This document shows positions 56,743 through 64,000 of a stretch of DNA of 64,000 bases, piece by piece. Origin of the DNA: an uncultured virus (IMG/VR IMGVR_UViG_3300034073_003023) (Duplodnaviria > Heunggongvirae > Uroviricota > Caudoviricetes); IMG/VR virus record IMGVR_UViG_3300034073_003023. The stretch is one strand, 5' to 3'. A program made the translations under genes and the position numbers. The notes below the pieces were generated by a model. It was not told where the DNA came from. It did not search any database and worked only from the letters and a program-made list of their open reading frames with translations. Numbering within the stretch: the first letter of the stretch is position 1; each line of letters opens with the position of its first letter.

Positions 56743-57462
56743 CTATGCGAAAAAACTTGATAACCCTTCAAGAATGACTTCACTTTCAACCTTGGTGTTA
56801 GGATTTGTAACATTAATTGTATGAGAAAGTTTTGGCATAGTCTCAAAGAACTTTTCAATTTCTTTGAATTGAGATGAATTCATTTGATCAAGAAAATCCA
56901 TCAGTTCTTTTTTAGTCACATCAGCAGCAGACCAAACTTCTTCTTCATTATAGATTTTATCCACACAAGATGCAACAAGTTCAAATGATTGTTCCATCGC
57001 ATTATTACTAGACATATCAAAGTTATTTTTAATGAACTGATCTAGAGAAGGATACTTCATTTCCATCATCAAAGAATCATCTAACTTAATTTTGTTAGTA
57101 TGATCTGGATTAGTTTTAACTTTAATATCATCGACATCTATTTTAACAGTCACATTTGTCTCTTCGTCATCTGGACAAATAACATTTAACTCTATTTCTT
57201 CACCGACTGATTTTGCACGAATATTTAAGAACAAATATTCAATGTCAAAGGTAGGTAAAGATTCTACTTTAATTCCTTTTGTTTCAACACAGTTTTTAAT
57301 GACTGTTTTAATTGCAGTAGTAATTTGTTTAGTATCTTCAGACTCTAAAGCAATGACCAAAAGTTTTTCTTCTTTAACTAAGAAAGGTCTATACTTAATT
57401 GTCTGTCCAGTTGAAGGCAATTCAAGTTCATAAGTTGGTGTGGCAATTTTTGGTAAAGGCAT
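56743..57462 (-). CDS. gp26: Baseplate hub subunit gp26
   Basis: MPLPKIATPTYELELPSTG...YRPFLVKEEK...FDIEYLFLNIRAKSVGE. Confidence 0.9.
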   Translation of the reverse strand: MPLPKIATPTYELELPSTGQTIKYRPFLVKEEKLLVIALESEDTKQITTAIKTVIKNCVETKGIKVESLPTFDIEYLFLNIRAKSVGEEIELNVICPDDEETNVTVKIDVDDIKVKTNPDHTNKIKLDDSLMMEMKYPSLDQFIKNNFDMSSNNAMEQSFELVASCVDKIYNEEEVWSAADVTKKELMDFLDQMNSSQFKEIEKFFETMPKLSHTINVTNPNTKVESEVILEGLSSFFA

Positions 57463-57504
57463 AATCTCCTTACAATAAACTCAGGTATTTTATTTATGAG
57501 GGTT

Positions 57505-57561
57505 GTGCCAGATTACAAAGTGTCTCCTAATCAGACTTTTTTGGAGAGTATGCCCTATAAT
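57505..57561 (+). promoter_or_regulatory. Early-type promoter copy 6 (plus strand)
   Basis: Palindrome GTGCCAGATTACAAAGTGTCTC 57505-57526; TCTCC/GGAGA inverted repeat; TATAAT 57556-57561. Confidence 0.7.
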
Positions 57562-57585
57562 TAAATGGTAAACCATCAAAACGAA

Positions 57586-57825
57586 ATGCGAAAACTTTTT
57601 TTCACCCTAGTATTTTTCTATGGAGTTGGTCTATCCACCTACTTTGCTCATTGGGGAATTAGGGACATGGCAGCTCTAGAAAAAGCAGTTTCAGTTGGAG
57701 CACATCACGAAGAGATGAGGCATAGGATGAATGTTTCTGCTGAGGGGAATTGGTTTCTTCTTTCAAATCTAATTGCAGTAACAGGTGCTCTAGGTGTTGT
57801 CGGAGGATCTAAAAAAAATGCTTAA
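57586..57825 (+). CDS. Two-TM membrane protein (start revised to MRKLFF)
   Basis: Two hydrophobic helices; ATG at 57565 is too close to the -10 box. Confidence 0.65.
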   Translation: MRKLFFTLVFFYGVGLSTYFAHWGIRDMAALEKAVSVGAHHEEMRHRMNVSAEGNWFLLSNLIAVTGALGVVGGSKKNA

Positions 57826-57949
57826 GGTTCTAAAGTATCTTATTATTGGATACGGAATATTATTAGGGTCTATTTATTTTCTTGCGGCAATTGTTCCTGC
57901 ACCATCTGCTGATATTAGGGAAGGATTTTCCTCTAAGTTTTCAAAATAA
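57818..57949 (+). CDS. 43-aa single-TM peptide (MLKVLKYLIIGYGILLGSIYFLAAIVPAPS...)
   Basis: Read by hand; GGAGG RBS; overlaps upstream stop. Confidence 0.55.
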   Translation: MLKVLKYLIIGYGILLGSIYFLAAIVPAPSADIREGFSSKFSK

Positions 57950-57950
57950 T

Positions 57951-57983
57951 AAAAAAGAGAGGAGATATCTCCTCTCTTTTTTT
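57951..57983. terminator. Bidirectional intrinsic terminator
   Basis: AAAAAAGAGAGGAGATATCTCCTCTCTTTTTTT between convergent genes. Confidence 0.85.
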
Positions 57984-57985
57984 AT

Positions 57986-58840
57986 CTAAAATAATCGAGT
58001 ATTGAGTGCATTATTATTTCCAGAGAAAGGATTGGATAATGCACTATCACTAAAATTAGTAAAATTAGTATTAGTAAGAGTTCCTGGAGAAAAGTTTCCA
58101 AGATTAAGACCTTGCTGAAAAGCATTTGTATTAATTTTAGCTTGATCTGCTTGAGTTAAATCAAATGGATTTCTAGGAGCAGTCTTTGAAGTAGTTTGAC
58201 CAGGCTCAGAAACTCCAGGATTTTCTTTTATATTACCTGCAACATAACGATCAAAAGAAAATCCAACTGTAACCTTAAGTAACTGAGAAGATTCATAAGA
58301 AACTGGCATAGAATTTATAGATACAGGAAATGCATTAATAAAATCATATACCATAGTTTTTGAAGATTCTCTTGTTCCAAGATTTCTTTCAAACTTTGTA
58401 ATACTTATAAACTCAGACTTATAATCTTTTGGGTATCTAATCCTATAAAAATTATTAATATCTTTTGATCCAGTAACTTGTTCTCCAGAAATCCATCTTA
58501 ACCAAGCTTCAAAGTAACGAATTTGATCATAAGATTGATTTACATAAAAAGTAAAGTCTGCCCTATCATCATAAATTCTTCTATATGCGTGTCTTTGAGT
58601 AACCCCAGTATAATCATTATTCAATTCGTGAGTAGTAAGAGTAGATCCAGGGAGACTTGCATCAGAACAAGTTAATGTAAGAATATCTGTTATTTCTCCA
58701 GGAAATCCACTTTGTCTAATAAATGATTCTGCTTCATCAGGTGGTTTTATGTAAACCTCATAATGAGAAGTTAATGCGGGTTGCATTATGATTCTCTTAA
58801 TATCCAATATCTTCCTAGTTCTTGGAGTTGGCGCTGCCAT
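57986..58840 (-). CDS. Baseplate-tail tube junction / tail-tube-like protein (gp54-like)
   Basis: CSDASLPG, FTFYV, FINAFPVSINSMPVSYESSQLLKVTVGFSF. Confidence 0.7.
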   Translation of the reverse strand: MAAPTPRTRKILDIKRIIMQPALTSHYEVYIKPPDEAESFIRQSGFPGEITDILTLTCSDASLPGSTLTTHELNNDYTGVTQRHAYRRIYDDRADFTFYVNQSYDQIRYFEAWLRWISGEQVTGSKDINNFYRIRYPKDYKSEFISITKFERNLGTRESSKTMVYDFINAFPVSINSMPVSYESSQLLKVTVGFSFDRYVAGNIKENPGVSEPGQTTSKTAPRNPFDLTQADQAKINTNAFQQGLNLGNFSPGTLTNTNFTNFSDSALSNPFSGNNNALNTRLF

Positions 58841-58871
58841 CGAATAAATATTCTTTGTTTATATTGTATTT

Positions 58872-59339
58872 ATGAGAAGAGAAGAAAAATATCATCAAGG
58901 TAAATTTAGACCACAAAATCCAGAAAAATACAAGGGAGATATTAACAATATAATTTACAGAAGTTCTTGGGAGTTGGTTGCACTTCAATGGTGTGATAGA
59001 AATCCAGATGTATTAGAATATGGATCCGAGGAATTTTTTATTCCATATTTTGATGAAACTACAAGAAGAGTCAGAAGATATTTTCCAGATCTTTTCATAA
59101 AAGTAAAAGATAATCAAGGATCTATTAAAAACTATGTGGTAGAAATAAAACCAAAAAAACAAACAAAACCACCAGAACAGACTTCAAGAAAAAGACAAAA
59201 AACTTATATTAATGAAATGATCACTTATGAAAAAAATTTAAGTAAGTGGAGATATGCAGAAGAGTGGTGTAAAGATAGAGGATTGATATTTAAAATACTT
59301 ACAGAAGATGATTTAGGGATTAAGTATCGTAATAAATAA
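58872..59339 (+). CDS. gp4: Head completion nuclease gp4
   Basis: PQNPEKYKGD...IIYRSSWE...RYFPDL...VEIKPKKQT...ILTE. Confidence 0.9.
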   Translation: MRREEKYHQGKFRPQNPEKYKGDINNIIYRSSWELVALQWCDRNPDVLEYGSEEFFIPYFDETTRRVRRYFPDLFIKVKDNQGSIKNYVVEIKPKKQTKPPEQTSRKRQKTYINEMITYEKNLSKWRYAEEWCKDRGLIFKILTEDDLGIKYRNK

Positions 59340-59420
59340 ATTATAAAGAACTTCTATTCTAATGCAATATAAAAAGAATCCAACTTACATTCTCGGGTTC
59401 CTTGTTAGGGAGGAGTTCTA

Positions 59421-60776
59421 ATGGCTGAAGAAAAAAAAGCTGGACAAGGGTGGGAAAAAAATACAGATAATACTTTTAAAGCAACTTTAAGTGTTCCAAA
59501 AAAACCATCGGCAGTAGTTCAAACAGCATCCTCTTCAGGAACAAGTCAAAATACAAATCAAAGAGTAAGAGTAATAGTAAATAATGAAACTGGTGCAATA
59601 CAACTATATGAAACTAGGGAACCTTTAGGTGATAGATTATTCAATACCTTTAATCCATCTACAGGTAAATGGGAATCTCCATCTAATGATCCTCAAGCAT
59701 TTAATGAAATACAAAATAGAATAGGAACTGATGGAATTCAAAAATTACAAAATCAAGCAAAACAAGGAGCAATAAATGGAGTAATAAATCCAACTTCAAC
59801 AAATGAAAATAAGGTAAAAATATCATCTACAGAAGGATATAAATCTTTATCAAATACAATTAAACAAGATCCAAATTCTGGACAAGTAGGACCAGAATCA
59901 TTTAATCAAGGCGAAATTAGTCAAGCAGTAGGACAAGGAAAACTTAGAAGTAGTTATGGGGATACTAGATATCCACTAAATATGAAATCTGACCAAGATT
60001 ATATTAAATTTACAATGTATACTTATGTACCAAAAACATTTGGACTTACATCTGGACTTGGTGCATTTAGTGGTTCAAATAAAGGATCTAAACTTGGAAC
60101 AGTCACTCTTCCTATTCAACCACAAATTTCAGATTCTAATTCAGTTACCTGGGGAGAAGATACAATAAATTCTGTAGAAGCAGCGGCTGCAGCGACTGCC
60201 TATGCATCAATAACAAGAGGTGTTGAAGGAGCAGAGGAATCTGTCAACCAAGCAGCAACAGGTATTGCTGAACAAAAAGGAAGCATAACTACAACTTTAG
60301 CAGCAGGTCTTGCTGGAAAGGCTGTTGGTGCAAATGAAAATTTCTTAAGCAGAGTAACTGGAGGAATCTTAAACAATAATGTAGAGTTATTATTTCAAGG
60401 ACCAGCTTTAAGATCATTTTCTTTTACTTTTATAATGTCAGCAAGAGAGCCAAGAGAAAGTGAAGCAATAAGAAATATCATAAGATTTTTCAAGCAAGGA
60501 ATGAGTGTTAAAAGAACAGAATCAAATCTTTTCCTAAAAGCACCTAATGTTTTTGATATTGAATATTATCATAAAAATGCTCCTCACAAATATATAAACA
60601 AAATCAAAACCTGCGCTCTTCAAAATTGTTCAGTAAATTACACTCCTGATGGAAATTATGCAACTTATGAAGATGGAGCTATGACACAATATAGTTTAAC
60701 TCTATCATTTGGTGAGATTGATCCATTATATGATGATGAATATGATGCACTTGGACTCGATCACATAGGTTACTAA
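59421..60776 (+). CDS. gp48: Baseplate tail tube cap gp48
   Basis: NNVELLFQGPALRSFSFTF...KTCALQNCSVNYTPDG...LSFGEI. Confidence 0.85.
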   Translation: MAEEKKAGQGWEKNTDNTFKATLSVPKKPSAVVQTASSSGTSQNTNQRVRVIVNNETGAIQLYETREPLGDRLFNTFNPSTGKWESPSNDPQAFNEIQNRIGTDGIQKLQNQAKQGAINGVINPTSTNENKVKISSTEGYKSLSNTIKQDPNSGQVGPESFNQGEISQAVGQGKLRSSYGDTRYPLNMKSDQDYIKFTMYTYVPKTFGLTSGLGAFSGSNKGSKLGTVTLPIQPQISDSNSVTWGEDTINSVEAAAAATAYASITRGVEGAEESVNQAATGIAEQKGSITTTLAAGLAGKAVGANENFLSRVTGGILNNNVELLFQGPALRSFSFTFIMSAREPRESEAIRNIIRFFKQGMSVKRTESNLFLKAPNVFDIEYYHKNAPHKYINKIKTCALQNCSVNYTPDGNYATYEDGAMTQYSLTLSFGEIDPLYDDEYDALGLDHIGY

Positions 60777-60777
60777 A

Positions 60778-61443
60778 ATGGCATCGTACTTCAGACAAGT
60801 TCCAAATTTTGAATATATATCAAGAAACTCCGATGAAAAAAATCTATCGGATTATGTTCCAGTAAAAAATCTTTTTAAAAAAGGAAAATTAAGAGAAGAT
60901 ATTTTTCAAGATCTTTCTTTCTTTGAAAAGTATCAAATTATTGGAGACGAAAGACCAGACAACGTAGCATTTAAATTTTATAATGACTCAACTTTAGATT
61001 GGGTAGTTCTTCTTTCAAATAATATTTTGAATATCTACAGTGAATGGCCAATGACTCAAAGAACTTTTGATAAAGTGATGTTAGAAAAATATGGATCTTA
61101 TGATAATCTTTACAACGGAATTCATCATTATGAATCAATAGAAGTAAAAAATTCAGCAGGAGTTACAATTGTTCCTTCTGGTATTTGGGTAGATCCTGAT
61201 TTCACAGTAGAATATAATGAAGATGGAGGAATAGTTTTTGAACAAGATGTTGTAGTCCCTGTCACTAACTATGAATACGAATCTTCAGTAGAAGATCAAA
61301 AAAGAGGAATTTTTATTCTTAAACCACTATACTTAGGTGTAGTATTTAATGACATAGAAGATATTATGACATACAAAAAAGATGGGGATCAGTATGTGAA
61401 CCCCACCTTAAAACGTGCTGATAATATCAGATTATATTATTGA
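60778..61443 (+). CDS. gp53: Baseplate wedge subunit gp53
   Basis: YFRQVPNFEY...DERPDNVA...DWVVLLSNNI...EWP...IHHYES. Confidence 0.9.
   Translation: MASYFRQVPNFEYISRNSDEKNLSDYVPVKNLFKKGKLREDIFQDLSFFEKYQIIGDERPDNVAFKFYNDSTLDWVVLLSNNILNIYSEWPMTQRTFDKVMLEKYGSYDNLYNGIHHYESIEVKNSAGVTIVPSGIWVDPDFTVEYNEDGGIVFEQDVVVPVTNYEYESSVEDQKRGIFILKPLYLGVVFNDIEDIMTYKKDGDQYVNPTLKRADNIRLYY
61375..61408 (-). terminator. Intrinsic terminator for gp32, antisense within the gp53 3' end
   Basis: Minus strand AGGTGGGGTTCA-CATAC-TGATCCCCATCT followed by a T run. Confidence 0.6.
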
Positions 61444-62412
61444 TCAATCACTAGCAAGTTTCTGGAAATAAGAAAGAGCATCATCTTCATCATCATCGGT
61501 TGATGATAGACTATTCAACTGTGCCTTGAGATCATCAGGTACTGGAGGAGCAGACTTACTCTTGCGATAAGACTCTTCAAGTTCCTGCATTACATTCTCT
61601 TCAGTATTCCTCGCAGGAGTATAAGATTCATACTCCTCTTCTTCATCTGCAGTAGATGACCTAGGAGCAACCTTACCAATACCAAGAACTGAATTCAGAC
61701 GCTTCTCAAGATCATCATAAGACTTGAATTGATCTGGAGCAACGATGGCAGAAAGTGAATATTCTTTCTTCCAAATTGCTTCTAGAGCATCGTCATCATC
61801 AAGAAGTGCTTCAGGAGAATCAAACTCAGACTTATCGTAGTTCCAGTATCCTTCTACCTTACGAATCTTGAGACGGAAATTAGCACCTTGCCAGAAGTCA
61901 AAAGGATTGATGGGTGCTTCATCTTCAAATTCTGGTTGCATTGCATTCAGAATCTTATCAAAGATCTTCTTACCAAACTTGAAGAGGAATACCTTACCTT
62001 CGTTTTCTGGATTTGCAGGATCCTTGATCACATAGATGTTAGAATAATATGACAGTTTACGCTTACGTTGACGAACAATATCCTTATCTCGGTCGTTTCC
62101 ACTGTTCCATAGTTCACTGTTAGAAGCACATACAGGGCACTTCTGACCTAAAGTAGTGAGGCAGTTGTCAATCAACCAACCTCCAGTTCCTTGGAACGCA
62201 TGATTATACATTTTTACCCAAGGGAGATCTTCACCTTCTGGAGCAGGAAGAAAACGAATAATTGCAGAACCTACGTCTCCTTTACCCATAGTAGGTTTCC
62301 AGAATCGTTCATCTACTCCACCAGAACCAGTGTTCATCTTTTCTACTTCTTTTACCAGTTTATCGGTAAGAGAACCAAGTTTTGATTGTTTTTTTAGAGA
62401 TTCAAATGACAT
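61444..62412 (-). CDS. gp32: Single-stranded DNA-binding protein gp32
   Basis: DERFWKP, IRFLPAP, NCLTTLGQKCPVC, FKFGKKIFDKI, NYDKSEF, acidic tail. Confidence 0.95.
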   Translation of the reverse strand: MSFESLKKQSKLGSLTDKLVKEVEKMNTGSGGVDERFWKPTMGKGDVGSAIIRFLPAPEGEDLPWVKMYNHAFQGTGGWLIDNCLTTLGQKCPVCASNSELWNSGNDRDKDIVRQRKRKLSYYSNIYVIKDPANPENEGKVFLFKFGKKIFDKILNAMQPEFEDEAPINPFDFWQGANFRLKIRKVEGYWNYDKSEFDSPEALLDDDDALEAIWKKEYSLSAIVAPDQFKSYDDLEKRLNSVLGIGKVAPRSSTADEEEEYESYTPARNTEENVMQELEESYRKSKSAPPVPDDLKAQLNSLSSTDDDEDDALSYFQKLASD

Positions 62413-62473
62413 GTTAGTTAAATGCGGATTTGGCCTTTATGACTTTGCTTAAGGGATCGTCCAGCCCAGAAAT

Positions 62474-62502
62474 AATATAGCAGGTCTAGATCTGTTTGTC
62501 AA
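62474..62502 (-). promoter_or_regulatory. Sigma70-like promoter TTGACA-17bp-TATATT for gp32
   Basis: Direct consensus match. Confidence 0.65.
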
Positions 62503-62821
62503 TCTGCTTTTTCATTACCTCAATCATCTGGGACATATTATCAAATACAATATTCATATCCATATTTGGGGGCATTCCTAAAATAGAAGCAGCATCAATT
62601 ATTTTCTCCTTCATTTCAACTGCTTCAGGATCATCAGATAAACTTAATCTAGTATAAAGAACTTTTTGTTTTTCTAAAAGTTTTTCAAGCAAAGCAATGT
62701 GAAATTTTTTTTCTTCAAGATCCATTGATGAAAAACTAAAAATATTTCTATAAATGTCATCTTGGAGCATAGAAATTTCTGTCATTTCTGCTCTGACTAT
62801 ATCTGAATTAAAAAAACTCAC
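62486..62821 (-). CDS. DUF1825-like cyanophage protein
   Basis: MSFFNSDIVRAEM...LYTRLSLSDDPEA. Confidence 0.75.
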   Translation of the reverse strand: MSFFNSDIVRAEMTEISMLQDDIYRNIFSFSSMDLEEKKFHIALLEKLLEKQKVLYTRLSLSDDPEAVEMKEKIIDAASILGMPPNMDMNIVFDNMSQMIEVMKKQIDKQI

Positions 62822-63411
62822 AACACCTCCTCCTTTAGAATTTGCTTAAATTTATTGTTATCAATATGTAGGAAAGGTGAATACTTTTCAATTCTCATTG
62901 ATATGAATTCCCACACAGGATCTTTTAACTTTTTATCAAAATGAGATTTATAATTAAGAATATTATTCAGAATTATCATTGTTTCTAATGATAATTTTTT
63001 TTGTAAAAACTCTTTTAAAATTTTAGGATGTTTATTACTTTTTACTTCAAACATCTCATCAAAATTTTGTGAATTTAAGATACTCACTTCCTCTTTAAAT
63101 TTATATGAAAGTGATTGGATTTTGCGTATCCAATTTTTATAGTTCTCTTCACCTTCTTTAATAATTTCTCCAATCCATAGTGATTGAGGATCATCACAAG
63201 AGACAAAGTTTGATATAAAAAAGTTAATTATTTCTTCGTCATTTTTTTGACGAGACATCTTCTCAAAGTAAAATCTATCTTTCCTTTTATAAAAAGATTG
63301 AATGTTTGCTTTTACTTTTCCGTTATAAGTAAAGTAATTATATTTTTTATCCGTAAAATGATTTTTTAATGAAAGATAGGTTGTATATGCTTGATATGGT
63401 TCCAATTTCAA
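62818..63411 (-). CDS. gp59: Helicase loader gp59
   Basis: YLSLKNHFT...YNYFTYNGK...KRKDRFYFEK...SLETMIIL. Confidence 0.9.
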   Translation of the reverse strand: MKLEPYQAYTTYLSLKNHFTDKKYNYFTYNGKVKANIQSFYKRKDRFYFEKMSRQKNDEEIINFFISNFVSCDDPQSLWIGEIIKEGEENYKNWIRKIQSLSYKFKEEVSILNSQNFDEMFEVKSNKHPKILKEFLQKKLSLETMIILNNILNYKSHFDKKLKDPVWEFISMRIEKYSPFLHIDNNKFKQILKEEVL

Positions 63412-63698
63412 AATACTAGTCGTGCTCTAGAAGTTTTTTTGAGAAAATTGAGTTCCATTGCTTCAAATTTAATTTTCTCTTTTAGAGGTTTAGATAGAAG
63501 TTTAGGAACTGATTCTAAATCAATTTTATTGATTTCGCAAAAAGTAATTATAGCATCAATGTAAGACAACTCTTCCTGCTTAACAAGTTTCTCAATTTCT
63601 TGAGCAAACCTTGAAGGGCAGAAAAACTTTTCTTCTAATACTTTTTCTAATTCTTCGTTGATGTCAGAATTCATTAATTGAATGAGAGTAAGAGACAC
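63408..63698 (-). CDS. gp33: Late transcription accessory protein gp33 (start may be 63674)
   Basis: FAQEIEKLV...SYIDAI...LSKPLKEKIKFEAMELNFLK. Confidence 0.9.
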   Translation of the reverse strand: MSLTLIQLMNSDINEELEKVLEEKFFCPSRFAQEIEKLVKQEELSYIDAIITFCEINKIDLESVPKLLSKPLKEKIKFEAMELNFLKKTSRARLVF

Positions 63699-63725
63699 AA
63701 TAATTAAGTTTCAACAATTGTCATA

Positions 63726-63754
63726 ATCATAACCGTTATCCTTTTGAATGTCAA
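63726..63754 (-). promoter_or_regulatory. Sigma70-like promoter TTGACA-17bp-TATGAT
   Basis: Direct consensus match upstream of gp33. Confidence 0.65.
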
Positions 63755-64000
63755 GAAATTTCTTTTATTTTATCGTTTACAAATTTTTTAATATACTGAA
63801 CTACAAGTTTCATATATTTCTTTAGATCTCGTTCTTCATAAACAACACATTCACCATTTTCACAAGTCATAATAATTACAAGTTTCTTAATTTGAATGCC
63901 AGTCATTTCATAAAGAGCCATTCCATAAAACATTGCTTGAACAAAATATCCTTCAATCCATTCTCTGGGTTTTGGTTCCTTTGAAGTTTTATAGTCTATG
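63751..64000 (-). CDS. PD-(D/E)XK exonuclease, 5' end outside window
   Basis: Frame extends to the edge: IDYKTSKEPKPREWIEGYFVQAMFYGMALYEMTG. Confidence 0.8.
   Translation of the reverse strand, partial: IDYKTSKEPKPREWIEGYFVQAMFYGMALYEMTGIQIKKLVIIMTCENGECVVYEERDLKKYMKLVVQYIKKFVNDKIKEIS

Noticed and set aside
1976..57433. Many short plus-strand and alternate-frame ORFs in the track (e.g. 23074-23670, 25504-25959, 28517-28951)
   Set aside because: Antisense or out-of-frame shadows of repetitive coding genes; no RBS or promoter support.
63751..64000. Cas4 as part of a CRISPR system
   Set aside because: Position next to gp33 and gp59 fits the usual T4-like phage exonuclease; no array or other cas genes.
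1..64000. tRNA genes, introns/inteins, alternative genetic code
   Set aside because: No cloverleaf or intein motifs recognised by eye, and core genes are full length under the standard code. tRNAscan-SE and Infernal were not run.

Overview
AT-rich segment of a T4-like myophage genome, most likely a cyanophage (it carries a CP12 gene and cyanophage-type T4 core genes). Almost all genes are on the minus strand. Four modules, left to right. (1) 1-11.7 kb: early/middle region of small, tightly coupled ORFs, with an RNA-repair set (RnlA-type ligase, separate 5'-kinase and HAD 3'-phosphatase, metallophosphoesterase) and an HNH nuclease. Five promoters here share one design: a 22-bp palindrome, a hairpin over the -35 region, then TATAAT. 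(2) 11.8-31 kb: an accessory locus in which a proline-free collagen-like fibre and three RCC1 beta-propeller proteins (35 repeats in all, one protein apparently a nested triple propeller) are interleaved with glycosyltransferase-like, methyltransferase, sulfotransferase, TPR-GT9 and 2OG-Fe(II) oxygenase genes. This is the best candidate for an undescribed system: a diversifying receptor-binding fibre tip with its own modification enzymes. (3) 31-58.8 kb: tail fibre and baseplate genes (large fibre with S74 chaperone, Gly-rich adhesin, gp5, CP12, gp27-like, hub/tape-measure-like proteins, gp51, gp26, gp54-like) with a small opposite-strand early cassette inserted. (4) 58.9-64 kb: gp4, gp48, gp53, gp32, gp59, gp33 and a truncated exonuclease. 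No tRNA, CRISPR array or reverse transcriptase was seen. All family assignments come from motif recognition, not database searches.
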